Origin: Spizellomyces punctatus DAOM BR117
Taxonomy: Eukaryota
Assembly: GCA_000182565.2 (NCBI GenBank)
Contig: KQ257451.1
Length of the DNA: 64,000 bases
Reading direction: 5' to 3' (one strand)
Shown: positions 36,032 to 50,349 of the stretch, piece after piece
How the letters are laid out: each line of letters starts with the position of its first letter
Position numbering within the stretch: position 1 is the stretch's first letter
Made by a program: the position numbers and the translations under genes
Notes under the pieces: generated by a model
Seen by the model: only the letters and a program-made list of their open reading frames with translations
Told to the model about the DNA's origin: nothing
Database searches by the model: none

Positions 36032-38660
36032 ATGGCTCCAAGTCCGCCAACGAAGCGACGAGCTGGCGCTAGCTTGACACAACGTGGGAAACGAGGAAAG
36101 TGGAAGGAGGGGCGTGGACTGGGGCCTCGAAGCCCGAGACAGCGAACGCTCCGGAACTTTTTTGGAGACTCAACGACTCACGGACCGGACCACGAGTCTG
36201 CCGGCAGCAAAGAAACTTTCTTTGAAGACGACTTGGAGGAAGTGTTAGATTTATCTGGGCATGCTTCAGATCCAACGCGCAAGGGTCACCTCGTCGTACC
36301 GCTGCCGTCTCCTCCGACCGACTCTCCTGACGAAGATGGTGAAGGTGGCCAGAAGCCTGAAGCATTTCGGTTTTATACTCCTTACTATCAGCGTGTTTTT
36401 GAGGAAGGTTTGAAAATTGTGCTAGATGGGGAGGGATATCTATTGAATCAAGAAGAACTCACGCTTGTATCGAGGTACATGAATTTGCATGGTATGATTT
36501 GACATCTGTCTTGTAAAGGAAAATGGTACCCATCTGATCGTGCATATAAATATGTGCAGTTGATGCTCAGCGCTTGTTTATCAGGCTTTTCTCCCGAGAG
36601 TGCAAATGGTTGCGACTGGCATCCCTGAAGTACCCCGAGATAGATGATATCCCGCTAGGTGCCGCAGAATTGTGCAGTTTAGATTTTGCAGATAACGGTA
36701 GTGTACTATCGCGAAACGCGATGTCCAAACTAGCGTATTAATTCTGGGACCATACTCAGATATTGAGTCGCTCTCCGATCTCCTTGCCGTCATGGGAATC
36801 ATGGAATTGAAAGAATTTATGAGGGACAGTTTGATGGTGTTTAAGACTACGTCTATAGTCACCAAGTCGGCTCTCATTGAAGCAATTATTGCGAACGTTA
36901 AGTCCCAGCGCCTGATCACAGGTGATCCGATAGCTAGATTGAGGAAACGGGTCGTGCAGCTTCTGGGTAAGGTCTGGGACGCAATTTCCATTACCCCTTC
37001 TAACGTTTTACTACTAGGACCTATAATCAAAATTAAAGAAACGATTGTAGATCTTTTTGAACGAGTGATGGTGATTTATTTCCGATCTTTGGATATTCTC
37101 GAACGACCAATGACGGCAGGTATTTTGTCGGAAGTGGAAAGGTGGTCATTTCCAGAATACGAAGTGGATCGGAGTCGTATTTTTGAAAGCAGAGAGATAT
37201 GCATCCAATGTAAGGACAATCATCTGCCCAGTCACCGCCGATCCGACGAATGACATGTGTCTGTAGATTTTGATGCTTTGAAGCTCCACGCCAAAATTGA
37301 GCGATTTATAGAGAAAAGGCTGCTCTCGGATGCTCTTACACACCTGCCGGAGATCCAGTCTGCATGGGAGTCGTGTGTCAAGCATGGGCGTTTAGCCGAA
37401 CCATCACAATACTTCCTCTTGCAATTTACGCCACCTCGTGTTTATACCCTTCTTTTGACAACCTTTGCAATCCACATCCTACCACCACTTCATCAGTACG
37501 ACCTTGCGATTTCCTTGCTCCATAACCTCCTATCACAGCAATTTTATGGTCGCGGGTCGCGCGGGAAATGGTGGGACCAGCTCTCGCATCTAATGCTCAA
37601 TCATGCAGACATGTCACCCAGTGATCGGGAAGAAACGTGTCTGGAGCTTTGTGCTGAAGCTGTCCGAGATCCGCTCGTGCGGGCTGGAAGGCTAGTGAGT
37701 ATACGAAAACGCATGGAGAGGGTGGCAAAAAAAATCTGGGAACGGATCCATTTGATAGCACGAACTAATACCGGGAAAGGAAAGCCTGGCAAAAAGGACA
37801 AGGTGATGCTTAGCGGATGGGAACAAATTATACCCTCGGATGTGAAGAAGAGATTGGTGGATTTGACGATCAGAGATACGCCGGAAGTGATCTTTGAAGG
37901 AGAAAAGCTGCCAGATGGGGTCACAGGTCACAAGTCACAGTGGAGTACACTTCCTGAACCGTCGTCTACATCGCCTCTACAAGTGGAGACTGAACCCCGG
38001 ATAGGAGAAATAGCCACAGCTTCTAGCGTCGAAGAACTCGCGCTTCAGCACTATGCAAGGCGCGGCTACCATGGCCTGCATGTGGAGAATGCGCTTTTCC
38101 ACCATTTGTTTGGCCTTCTTCTCTATCCGATTCTTTTCTCACCGGTTCCCGCCGTTTTCCAAACGCGCTTCCAGACATACCCACTTGACCTATTCACGGA
38201 CGATTTCTATTTAGGCAGAGAACTGGTAATTCGAAGTCGTTGTGAGGAAATCTCAGGGTGGAGTCGGGAAGAACTTTTGGCTGAGATTGTTGATGCAGAC
38301 GCTAGGCTACGGCAGAAAAAAATTAGAGCTGCCGGATTGGCCTGGAGTTCGTTCGACGATGTTGTACTGAGACACATCGTCTCGTGCATGGACCCCAAAG
38401 CTGTGGCGGCTGTAGTCAAGTGCATGGCAGAAGGGTATAGAGAGCATTGTGGTGGGTTGCCAGATCTGGTACTCTGGCAGTTGCCCTCCACGGACGCTGG
38501 AATCGGGAAAGTGAAGCTGGCGGAAGTGAAAGGACCAGGGGATCGGTTGAGTGAGAAGCAAATTATGTGGATGGATGCGTTGGCTGCGGCTGGATGGGAG
38601 GTAGAGATTTGTAAGATAGTGGATACGAACAAGATCCGCCGCAAAAAGTTGATTAGATGA
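36032..38660 (+). CDS. FAN1: FAN1 (VRR-NUC) interstrand-crosslink repair nuclease, multi-exon
   Basis: SVEELALQHY, VFQTRFQTYPLDL, GGLPDLVLW, LAEVKGPGDRLSEKQIMW. Confidence 0.93.
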
Positions 38661-38676
38661 TATTTAGAGGTAAACA

Positions 38677-39026
38677 TTACAATTGACAGCATCCAAAAAA
38701 TCGGCTCGTATCTGGGTCTATAATCTGCTCTCCGTTCTTGACACTCGCTATGCCAGAACCGCGGCTCTTATAACCGACAACAACTACCAAGAGACTGTTC
38801 AAGATCTGTCTTCTTTGCTGTTTCAATCGGAAGCTCATTCAAGTGACGTCTTCTCTTTTGTTCCTTACTCACGCGACCTTCTACACTAATATTCCAGCGT
38901 TGCAGGTCCCCTCTACCAGGGCCGGAACTGGAAAGAACTATAATTGCAATTGGCTACATATTACCTGGTAGAAGACTGAGGTTTCCTTGGGTGATGGACG
39001 ATAACTGCTGTACCGTTCAGCCCCAT
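38677..39026 (-). CDS. Predicted 80-aa three-exon micro-protein (MG start, C-terminal CCQL)
   Basis: Exons 39026-38965, 38912-38873, 38817-38677 joined by 52- and 55-nt GT-AG introns with compatible phases; no homology recognised. Confidence 0.35.
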
Positions 39027-39132
39027 TTTGGCCGCTTGACGATGTTGCGATCACCTATCGCAATCCTTAGCGCAAGTGCGATCAATCGTGAATCGCCATT
39101 TAGACAAAAATGGCAAGATGCGGATGACTCAT

Positions 39133-39147
39133 GTTGCCCATGGCGAC
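39133..39147. promoter_or_regulatory. X-box-like palindrome
   Basis: GTTGCCCATGGCGAC, close to RFX consensus GTNRCC(N0-3)RGYAAC. Confidence 0.4.
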
Positions 39148-40168
39148 GCGGAAATAACAGCAACCACTTGCTTGCTGTCGAGCGCTCTACGACCAATTCC
39201 ACACCGTCATGACCAGCGTTCCACGAACGGCATTTCGCGGGTTTGCCCGCACCGCTTCTTCCATGCCGCGCACCGCGCGCTCATCCTTCACTCGTCCCGC
39301 CGCTTCTGCGTTTGCTTCAGCGCCAGCGGCAGTCCCACTAACGCGCGGGATCTCATGCGCTCCAACCCCAGGAAGTGCTCTACTGGTGAGGGTCAACTGC
39401 AGTCCTGCGTGTGGCCTAGGGATCCATCGCCAAATGGCTTACTGATGCTCTTGTATTTAGAAATGTGGCTCAACAACTGCAGGACATTTGGCCGCGTTGA
39501 TGCGAGGGCGTGCTGTTCGGACATGGTACGGTTCGCTTAAAGATGATATTTAGGTACGGCATCTTCGTCAGGCCCTGCCGGCACAGATTATCTTGTCGGG
39601 CGGTTTCCGGTGGGCGAGAAAAATCTGTGTTCTGGCGAACTGGGCTGGCAGAGTTCAATCGCCGCGTCCTCGTTCTCTTTCTGCTCGACGAAAATGGATC
39701 TTACTGACGCCGGTTGTTTGGCTTTTCTATAGCGGGATGGGCATATTAGAAGATCGCTGACACTCCATTGTGATTACTTAACATCAACCAAACCGGGCTC
39801 ACGCATGCCTCGATAGTATGATGCTCCAAAAGTTCGGCATTCGGACCTTTTCACCTGAGTTGTTGTACCGATGATGCGCTCGTACTGTAATTTGTCACTT
39901 GATATATTTATTGTAAATTGAAGACGTTGAGCTGTCATTCTCTCAAGCACTTGAAATAGATTGATTTTTCACCAATGAAGATTGATATCTTCACGAAGCA
40001 TACATTGAGATGTGAGGAAGAGTGACAAGACAGCTTGCACCACTGAAACCACCATTATTCAAAGGTTAAACAAATACATCGCGCTAACTACACCGCAATA
40101 TGCTACTATACGTTATTCAGACAAATTCTTAGTGTCGACTCACTTGATCCCTGCCCCGTCCTTTAGCG

Positions 40169-41872
40169 TCAAATATCCATAGGCAGAGGGGTTGCTTCCG
40201 AGTTTGTCACAGCGCGAAGGGTCACTTTGATTGGCTGACCGTGGGTTCTTGGCTTCTTGTGAATCTTAGCTTCGCCGAATGAATCTGCGTAGTGATGACA
40301 TCTGCATACCTCTTGATCGCAAGTAGATGCGAAAGCCATGATTGTACCGTTCGGGTTGAAAGTCAAACTAGTGATGGATGAACTGGCTTGGATGGACCTT
40401 TTCAGTCGTCTTCTTTGGGTGATATCCCAGAAATTGCTGTCAAAAGTGAAGATACCAGATGATATGCATTAGTACGTGGCTGCTGATTGCAGGCAGGAAC
40501 GCGCTGCGTACCACACCCCGTCCGCTCCCCCAGTTGCGAGTGCTCCAAAGACGGGATGGAAAGCCATGCAATTCACTGGTGTCTGTGCTTCCTCTTGGGC
40601 CCGGAATATGTAGCCTTGTCGATCGGCGTATTCTACTGCAACATGGCCATCCACACCTGGCAAGGAAGACGCCTCTATATGGTGTCAGCTGACAATAAAA
40701 AGCAGAACATACCACCGCATGCGTAGCTGGTACCCGACGGAGATACGGATACGCATTGGATCGGGCGGCGGAGCGGACCTTGGTCACCCTGAACACTATG
40801 CATGAGCGTCGTGGTTATGCAGAGAGAATTCAATTTAGTGTCAACCTTGAGGGGCTCGCAAGGTTTTCTCATATCATATACCCCAATCTTTTTATTCTCC
40901 ATTCCCACCACCAATAGAGAAGTTGCAAAGTCTAAAGGAGGGAAACGGGACAGCTGTTATAGATTGGATTGCAGGGAAGGATGAATTATGTACATACCCA
41001 TTGACTTCGCGCGCTCCGGAGTTTCTGATGTCAGTACGCTATTGGGAGCACGAAGATCCCAATACTTGACAGAAGTGTTGGAGGCTGCCGTTTGGGAGTC
41101 CCAAACTCAGGAATGTGATACCTTCATCTGCTTGTCCCAACCAGCAGTGCAAACAACAGCGTCATCCACAACACGAATGCATCTGAGGGGCTGTATAAAT
41201 GGAATGCTGCCGATTAGTATGATCCTATGTTTAACACGCAAACCGTTAGGCGCCGGGGGTCGCATACCGCCGCATGCCGGGCAAAAGGCATCGGTTGCGG
41301 TGTTTGAAGATCCAAGACTGCGCCAATCCCGTTAGAGCTGCCACAGAATATTTTCTCACTATCCTACATGAAAGGATGTAGTTTAGCATATACATGCATT
41401 TGCTATCATCATGAGCGTTCGGCGTACCTTGCTCCATTGACAGCAGAGAGTAGTCGGTCCGCATTGCCAAATGTACTTGCCGACAGTCAATCCTGGAACA
41501 ATGTAATCCATTTATATAATCAATGAGTTTTTGCTTGCTTGAAGAGAAACACACCGCTTTGTTGAATTTCCCAGACTCTGACGGTACCGTCCCAGGAAGC
41601 CGCCGCAAGATGCTCCGAGCGAGGTCTGAATGAATGAGAAGTCATCTAATCATCGTGACAGTTTTCCTAACACGATCTCAAAACCTACGAGAAAGCCAAC
41701 TCGGAGACAGTGTCTGAAGGGGGCTGGACTGCAGCTACCTGACAGCGTTCAATGGAATGGAAGATAAACAAACGATTTAGTAGCTGCTCGCGTCAACATG
41801 AGCATTATTTTGCTCTTGCACAATTGCTTCTCATCCACTACTTTTGTGAAAGAACATCACCTCAAATTCCAT
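40169..41872 (-). CDS. Bub3/Rae1-family WD40 protein (divergent), multi-exon
   Basis: PPSDTVSELAFS..HLAAASWD, CTAGWDKQMK, YWDLR, IQCVSVSPSGTSYAC, GHVAVEY, PVNCMAFHPVFGALATGGADG, ITSLTFNPNGTIMAFAS. Confidence 0.72.
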
Positions 41873-42258
41873 GTTGCTGTTGAAAACGATAAGTCAAGAG
41901 CGGGAGACTATGGAGAGAGTAAGCTTCGAAGTGGAGCTCAGGACACGGATGAGGTAAGCGGTACGATCGATTTGTCACATGACCCATACATAGGGGTAAT
42001 TTGGAGTCTGTTCTCCTTTCTTCCTTCCGAGGTTTTGAAGGACTGCTGAACAGAAAATACGAGCAAGAGTATAGTTGAAGGTGCTATTGTCTACTTTTAG
42101 GAGATAAGAATTGCTTGGAAACCCCCGGATAGAGCTGGTTCGCGGGAAAGGTTGGCTTTGCGGACAGCGCTCAGCTCTATCGGTTGCGGTTGCGGCTCAT
42201 TGACCTTGAACCCTCGGGGCTTCTCTGCCAGACCCTCACCAACAGCACCATTTACTGT

Positions 42259-44044
42259 ATGGCAGCTATTACAAACCTCACATTAGTTGCAATGGAGGTG
42301 AAACCTGTCGCAATGGCTCCGGATGAGGAGTCGCTGTTTGCCAGCGACTCGTCGCTGTCGGAGCTTGGAAGCGACTTATGCACGAGTGGAGACGACGATG
42401 AAGTTCTAAAAGGACAGAACGGTTATGATCTTACAAAAGATCCGTCAATGGCGGACTCGTCATCGGTGCGGAGAAAGAGAAAAGGAGCAGGAACACGATC
42501 AGAGGAAAAGAAGGTAAACTTTCGCTCAATTCTCCTGTTCGTACCAGGATGTCAGCCATCTTCATAGACGAACAGAACGGGTGTATTTTGTTAAGCAATG
42601 CACTGAGATACACCGTTTATGACAATGATTGCTAACCTTATTGTCTGTCGGGCGCCACTTGATTTTCAAGCGTTTGCACATCGACGCAGCTTTGCTAGCA
42701 CCATCGGTAATCCCAAAGTTTTCGGACGGTGATGCGAGCCTGCACCCACCACTTTCCGACACGGTCACCATTCTAGAAGGGGAGGATACTCCCGCGCGAC
42801 ACGTCTGGCTTCCGATGCTCGGTCTAAAAGCCTTCCCCACAGGATATACACTTTTCACAGTAAAATCACGCTCGTGGACGCAGGACGGGCAATTTCGGAT
42901 TGATCAGTACTTATACGGGCATCCCTCTGGCGGCTCTTATCGCAGCGCAAAAGAATTCCGCCCGCATTTGGAATGGCTAGTTACGGGTGACCGAAATGCA
43001 ACTTGCATCTGCCTGTTATGTGCACGCCTCAGCCGTTCGTTCGAAGCAGTATCTGCGAATCACACATCTGAATTGAACAAGAATAAGCCAGAAGATACCG
43101 CACTGCTCAAGCCACAAGAAATGGACGTAGCCGAAGTGATGGGCGATGCTTCCAAGCCGCGCATAGCCAGGAAGGCGGGCAGTGTACCAAAGCCAGTGCA
43201 AAATGCCAGCCATAATACCTTGCCACAGCTGGAGGTACGACCTAAACGGAAGGCGAGCATGAATAACAAGGTACTAGCTATGTTGCGACCAAGCATGAAC
43301 CGAACGAAGAAACCGGCAAAGAAGAGAATTCCGATTAAGCAAGAAAATCCCGCACCGAGAAAGAGTTCAACGAAGGCCGGGCGTGACTTGCATGTCCAAG
43401 TGGACGTCGACAGCACAACTTCAACTCCTTCCCCTTTATCTGACAATTCAAAGCAAACCCCGGATTCTGAAAGGCGGCGAAGGTCCCGGAGAGGCGAAGG
43501 CGGTGGTGGAAAGTGGAAATGGACGATGCGTGGATGGGTTTGGGTGGATAAGGATGGAAATGAAGAAGTGTTGGACGGTGATTTTCTGTCCCCGGCCGCA
43601 GAGGTTGCAGGGAGAAAGTTGGGTTTTACGGAAGTTCCACCATCTATGAGTCCCACGGAGAAAAAAGCTTCTGCTCCTGGAGTTCTTATTGAGACAAGCG
43701 TGGCAGAGCAACGCTTGGTAAGTCGAGTGCTGTAGAGGGGCTGACGCTGCATGGAAGTTGCTCTCTAAGCTAAAATTGCTTGCTTATAGAAACCGTCGGC
43801 TACCGTGACTGACAACATGATCAAACCGCAGTCACCAACGACCACAGGCGTTCCTCTACCCGCCTCAAACCTAACCGTCCCTTCATACTTACGCTCGGAG
43901 GACATTGAACCCCTTGAAATAAGCAGCATTTCCAGTGCTGATCTGGAAGCGGCGGAAGTTTTGGTGATGGTTGCACGCCGGGGCTCTTTCGGACATACCG
44001 AGATGTTGCAAGGGAATTTCGCCGCCCACGCTGGGCAAGTTTGA
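42259..44044 (+). CDS. Protein with Clr2 N-terminal (cryptic loci regulator)-like domain and disordered tail
   Basis: FPTGYTLF...IDQYLYGHPSGGSYRSAKEFRPHLEWL...CICLLC resembles the Clr2 transcription-silencing domain; start codon uncertain. Confidence 0.62.
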
Positions 44045-44340
44045 AATCTGTGGGGGATATATATACCCGTTTTATGATTAGAAGCCTTGACACTTATTAA
44101 TGTGCTGGGCACTGTGCGATCTGGGGATTGTATATAGGTGATATTTTTGCAAGTGTTTTATAGAGACACTGAAGAATAATAATATTTTGAAACGAACCAG
44201 TCGAATCCCAATGATATTTTTCCTGCTATCGAAGCGGGATGTATGGACAAGACAAAATATAGTACAAAAAATCAATTGGCCGGAAGAACCGGCCAATGTA
44301 GCTATTTCAAAGGACAGTATCAGACAAATGACAGTTGAGC

Positions 44341-46534
44341 TCATGTGACAGGAATGCCATAATCCGCGGCCAACTGTCGTATCCGCTCTTTGCAGAACTT
44401 CTCCAGCCGATTTGCGCTAATGGAAAGTATGAGCTGCATATCAACCATGTCTAGGTCGTCCGGTAGGCACTCACCACTTGACGTACGGCGTGTGGTCCTC
44501 GTTATAAATTTTACAATTCTGAACAATCAATGCGAATTCAGCCTCGAATTCAGCTATAGATTGATATTTCCCATCCTCCAGATGCTCGCCCATTGTTCGC
44601 AAGTCTGCGGATGCGACATGTTTATCACAACGCAATTGAGGAGCAGACATGGATTGGGACGGAAAGGGAACTTACCCATTGGATGCTTAATTATATCATA
44701 ATAGTCAGGTACTCCAGATACAGGCTCTGTAAAGGGCCAAGCATTCTGGTTCTCTCTAAGCTCACCAAGTAGTTGGCTCAGCATATAATACATTGGACTT
44801 TTGGTGTCGTCTGAGCCTCGTATTCTAGTGCAGCAGAAGGTCAATGCGGTTACGACTGGCGTTGATGCATAGATACATACTTTTCTTCAATATCGGGCGT
44901 CCAGCCTGCCTCCTCTACGAATTGTGAACAATAAGTAAAAGTAATTTAAATCAGGAGCGCATCTGATGCAACATACGAAGTCCAGGGATGTCCTGGGGAT
45001 TGACATGCGTTGCGCCCTTTTTAAATGCATCCAAGCCGGGGTACACAATGTGCGACTGGGATATTTCTTTTATCTTTTGGAACACAGCCTGCGATTCCGT
45101 GCGTGAGTTGCATCCGCATTTAGCCAACATGCGCCTTTGCCCGAAGCATGGGAAAGTACCTTTCGATGCGCCGCATATATGGTATAAATTTCAAGATACC
45201 GGACCTTGGGGAAAAATGTGCATTGGAGGAGAGTGGCACCTTCATAATCTTTTATATATCCGACCCAGATTGCTTTCTCGAGGGTTATCTCCGAAGTGAA
45301 GCCCTAAAAGCATGCGATTATGGCCCGCTCACTAATGAAGGCATGAAACTGCGCCATTACTGAACTAACCTGCTTCTTAAAAAACCCGATAGCAAAATTG
45401 TCGGCGTAGGTGAGGAGATGTTGCACGCCAAAGGTATCACGTACGTAGTCTTTGAAATGGGCCATAAGACGTGCCCCATATCCCTATGATGATCATGGTT
45501 CATGTAAGGACGGAATAAACCCGTCATGTATACGTCAGGACCTCGTACCGAAGTTTGATTGCCACTCAATACAGCCAAGAACACAATTTCAGCAAACTTC
45601 CGTGCTTCGAAGGGTCGAAACGTGATACCTCCGATCACCTCACGATTGGCTCGGACAACGACGTAGCTAAAGTGCTCCCTGCAACCAAGGGAGGTCAGCT
45701 CCAATGACCGTCCGACCACACGTGCCGTTTATTACTCACCTTGAATACACCACGCGAGCGATATACTCTCTTGGCATTTTCGGCAATTGAGCTTGAATGA
45801 CGGCTTTGAGTCTTGACAGCAGAACAAGATTCTCCTTGCGGCCATCATTGTGCGCCAGCTTAAAACTCACGAATCCAGACTGCTCTTCCTCTAAGATTCG
45901 CTTGTATTTCGCGGAGCGGACCTAAACGACACCACACGTCAGTACTCAAAGATGGCAGATGCTTTGCACTTCAAGATCTGAAATTCACCTCGTTAAATTT
46001 TTCTGGTGCGGGTTGGACACCATCTTGAATATCATCCACAAGTGTTGTTGGGGCAATCAATGGACTTGGCAGCTTCGGTGGTACTTCGCCCGTTGTGAGC
46101 GCTGATGCTGTGTCACCATTTGCCACATCCCCGTTTTCATCCGCCTCTCCTTGTACACCAATACTCTGATTAGCCAACGTTCTTCCACTTTGAGCAGGGG
46201 TATTTGTAGGTGTGTCACTGGCAGGAGTCTCTTGGGAGCTGAATATTTGCTGACCCATTCGACGGCGTTTCGATAGTGGCGCCTCGTCCTCTTCCGAGGA
46301 GGAGGACATGCGCCTCGCGGGTTCTGGTGTACCACTTCTACTTCGTTTGGGTTTACTGCTTAAGGTAGGGCTGGCCTCCGCCCCAGCAAACAAACTATCT
46401 GGTGCTTTGATAACATCATCGCTGGCAGTTCTCCGGCGTTTGGAGAGCGGTTCTTCGTCGTCGTCTGAGGATGGTGGTTGTGGCAGACGTTCAATGGAGG
46501 GAGTTCTATGCCGCTTTGCGGTTTCCGGTGACAT
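44341..46534 (-). CDS. GCN5: Gcn5-type histone acetyltransferase with bromodomain, multi-exon
   Basis: [62 protein letters not shown], bromodomain [22 protein letters not shown]. Confidence 0.92.
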
Positions 46535-46795
46535 CGCTAAGAATGATAAGGTATCTGAGACGTTGAAAGAACCTGCTTGCAACGGGTTAAGCGCTTATGA
46601 AAGCGCTTAGATGAGTCCTACAGATTGCGAGCCAGATGCGAAAAACCTCACGCCGAAATCTCCGCCGATGACAAGAATTGCTTTGCCCCCGACTTAACCG
46701 ACTGGAACCGTACAATTTGTGGTTAAGTCACGATTGTCATGCTGAAGAAGGAATGTTGGAATCTGCTGGGACCCTCCATTGACTATCGCTCAGGC

Positions 46796-47813
46796 ATGTC
46801 ATCAAATATTTTCACTCCGGTCAATCAGGTATGATTTGTATCTTATCGAACTATAGACAATGTCGTCTGACAGTAGGAACCAAGGTGCGGTTGACAAATG
46901 TGTCCGTGGTACGGTTGAAGAAGGGTGGGAAACGGTTTGAAGTTGCCTGTTACAAAAACAAAGTTCTCGAATGGCGGAACAATGTGTAAGTCATTTGCAA
47001 GCAACAAAATTGATGCGAGTCAGAGATTGAGTTTAGTGCAGGGAAACCGACCTCGATAATGTCCTGCAAACCCGCACAGTTTTTGTGAACGTCTCAAAAG
47101 GGCAACTTGCCAATAAAGAAGACCTCAACAAAGCCTTCAAAACAACCGACACGGACAAGATCATTTTGGAGGTACGCAATTGGGCTATATCTCAGAAGAC
47201 TGAGAGCTGTAACCACCGACATGAAACAACCTTGGCATAGTTAGATTTTGCGAAAGGGTGAATTGCAAGTTGGAGAAAAAGAACGAACACAGCAGCTAGG
47301 GAACCTTTCGAGAGATATTGCTACCACGGTTGCGGAAAAGTGTATCAATCCCGATACCAAACGCCCGTATACCGTGACTATGATTGAAAAGGCCATGGCG
47401 GACCTTCATTTTTCGGTCAACCCGAATCGGAACGCGAAGCAGCAAGCCCTTGAAGTGATCAAGCAGTTACAAGAAAAACAAACCATTCCAATAGCTAGAG
47501 CACAGATGCGCCTTCGTGTTGCCATACCTGGGAAGGAAGGAAAGAGAGTAAAGGAGAAGATCTCGTCACTAATAGAGAGCACAGAAGACGAAGATTGGGG
47601 CGATGAATATGAGCTGGTGAGCCTGATATCAGTTTCATGAAGTTGCATGAATGATGGATGATCTAATGCGCTCGAAAATTTTAGATATGCCTGATCAATC
47701 CTGGACAATTCAGGGCATTGACAGATGTTGTGCAGAAGGAAACAAAGGGTAGAGGACAAATTGAGGTGTTGAGCATTCGAGATACGGACGACAGGGATGA
47801 AGCTTTTGCATAA
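46796..47813 (+). CDS. SDO1: Ribosome maturation factor SBDS/Sdo1
   Basis: [63 protein letters not shown]. Confidence 0.96.
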
Positions 47814-48080
47814 ACTATCTAGTCCATAGAATCTGAAGCGCATGTGTTTAATTATCCATTCTGAAGAGAACATCTGCATTATCCAAACACGCTCTGTATG
47901 CACGGAATAAACGGCAATCCGGAATGTTACCAATTATAACACTATAGGGCTGGTGAACTGACGGCATTAGGTGGAATGTGCACATCAGCAATTGGCCAAT
48001 TCAGCGTGACGAGAACACCCGACACACAAAGAGGCACTGCCAGTATCTTGTCAAATCGTTTTACCCTGGCTTCTTTGGCA

Positions 48081-50349
48081 TCATCGTGAAGGGAGAGGAG
48101 ATGCTTGTGCTCGGCCATGACCCCCACTTCCAGGAATCCCTTTGGCAGCCTGCTTTCTCTTCTTAAACGCTTTGACTTGCTCGTGACCCTCCTCAGTTAC
48201 CACCAAAATCCGCTTCTTATCATTCTTCCAGAGAATCGCACCAAATGGCTCTGCATAATCGCTGAGTTGCTTGTACTCCTGTATGTCGGGGAAGTCGTTG
48301 TACATGTAGGCTGCCATGTGACGTACAATGAATATAGCTAGAATTTACACAATATAGGAAATTTGAGACTTTACCTCTAGACACTCGCAGTCTATTCCGC
48401 TCCATTTCCCATAATCGAATCTGATCAACAACCGTCTCGGGCAAAATTGGCGACTGTATATATGGCAACATATTCGGGTCAAACGCTCTTCCTTGAGGCA
48501 CCCAAACCGTACACCAACCTGTTTCCTCATCTCCGGATGTGCATGTGCGGTGAGGTAGGTAATGATCTACGCAACATAATGAGACAGTGCAGCGGGTACA
48601 ACGGCAATCTTGAACAAAGCAGTACATACTTGATCGGCTGTGATTCCTTTCGCTAGCGCATCTCTTACTCCATCACGTGTAATTAGCCCCACAACCATAT
48701 TCTGGAAGCGTGCTTGCAGGGAGACAAAGAGACTTAAAATAGCGATTTGCAAAGGAGACTCTACCGGAATTCATAAAATGAGTGCAACTGAAAGCGCTTC
48801 AGAGAACCATAAATACAAACCCGTATAAGCATATATTCGATAGTTGGTTTCCACAATAATATATCCATGACCTTCTTCTGGCTTCCGTGCAGCAATCATT
48901 GAACCTGACGTGAGGGATGTCGCCATTCGTGTGGGGTAAAACCTGCTCGATTTTTTCTATTCCAAAGAGTGCTTCAAGTCAGTAATTTCGGCGTCGTGCA
49001 CATTGGCCCTTCCCAAGTATACCAACCTTCCTTTGATAGAAGAGGCCAAACCATTTGAGGTCTTCCAGAACCATCTTTTGAGTGTCCGTCAAAGGATCTA
49101 TTGAATATGACTGCCATACCATTCATAAGCAACAACCATATATGGCCAAGTGAAGAACATATCGGGTCGCGTCACTAACCTGACCAAGCTCCAAACTGCC
49201 AACTTGGAACAGGAAATTCAGGACCTCCACGATATCCATTTGCAGTTGCCTCTGATAACACATCCGTTTTAGCGTGGAAACCTCAGAACGATTTGTACTT
49301 CCAGGCTCTCACCTCTGCCAGTTCAAGATACTGGAGCAAGAGCGACCACACTTGAACATTGACATCTAGCAATAGAAATTGAAATCCTTTGCTTGTGATC
49401 ATGGTTCTTTCATCGTCCGTTACACCAGACCGGCCACTGGAAGAACGCTATGTATTAGAATTTGTGCCAGAGGATAGGCGATCGTTTCGCGTTCTTACTC
49501 TTGCTCTTGTAGTCCAGATGCAACAAGTAATCTTCCGACTGCCTTCGGTCGTTTCTCAGTTGGTGTGCCAACAAGGTAGTGTAGTACCGCCTGATGAACA
49601 GAGCTGATAAGGTTACACTCTCAATTGTAATCTATCAGTTCGTTGACATACCTCCCAGGCTTCAGATGCATACCGATCGAGAAAAGGAATGTCTACCTCA
49701 TATTTATCCTGGGTATCGGCAGGCTTTCCGAAACTCGCATGTGTACCACTACATTAGGGTAGCAAGTAAACGTGCGTCATTACAATACTGGTGCTCACTC
49801 CCGCCCTATTGGTCCTCACCCGCCAACCAGAGCATTATGCATATTCTCTTGAAAGATTCGATTGATCTGGAGATGTTCGCTACCGGTCTCTGTGCAAATA
49901 TTCATTTTGGCAAGCTTTTTCAGACTATCTCGGAGATCGCTGGAACATAGCAGTCGTGTTATACTATTGCTGTTCAGAAGAAAGGTCGTAATAGGCCCAT
50001 GTGACGTACCTGCGATGCTCCTGAAAGCACCAAGCTTCAACATCTGCTTTCAGGACGGGGCGTTGTGTATAGAGTAGTCGCATCACGATCTGCTTGGCGA
50101 CAGGTGGAAGGAGTCTATTTCCAGGTCTCAGCTTCGAGTTTTCAAGGAGCTCTCCTGATATCAATTCTCACCGAAGCGCGGCTAAACATGTTGCAGGCTG
50201 AGTGTAGAGTTTGTCAAATGTTTGTTTGGGGAGAGTTTCTAGGTACTCTTGGATACTATTCTGTTGCAATTGGCCATTTTAAGTGTCATGTGAACGCTTT
50301 ACGTGACTATCCAGTGCCATACCTTTACGGTAGCCAATGAGTCCGACAT
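48081..50349 (-). CDS. TFB2: TFIIH subunit Tfb2/p52 (GTF2H4), multi-exon
   Basis: [74 protein letters not shown]. Confidence 0.94.

Noticed and set aside
39187-39523. Ala/Arg/Glu-rich minus-strand ORF (EIPRVSGTAAGAEANAEAAGR...)
   Set aside because: Needs a ~38-nt intron to gain an ATG and has no recognisable homology; cannot be called a gene.
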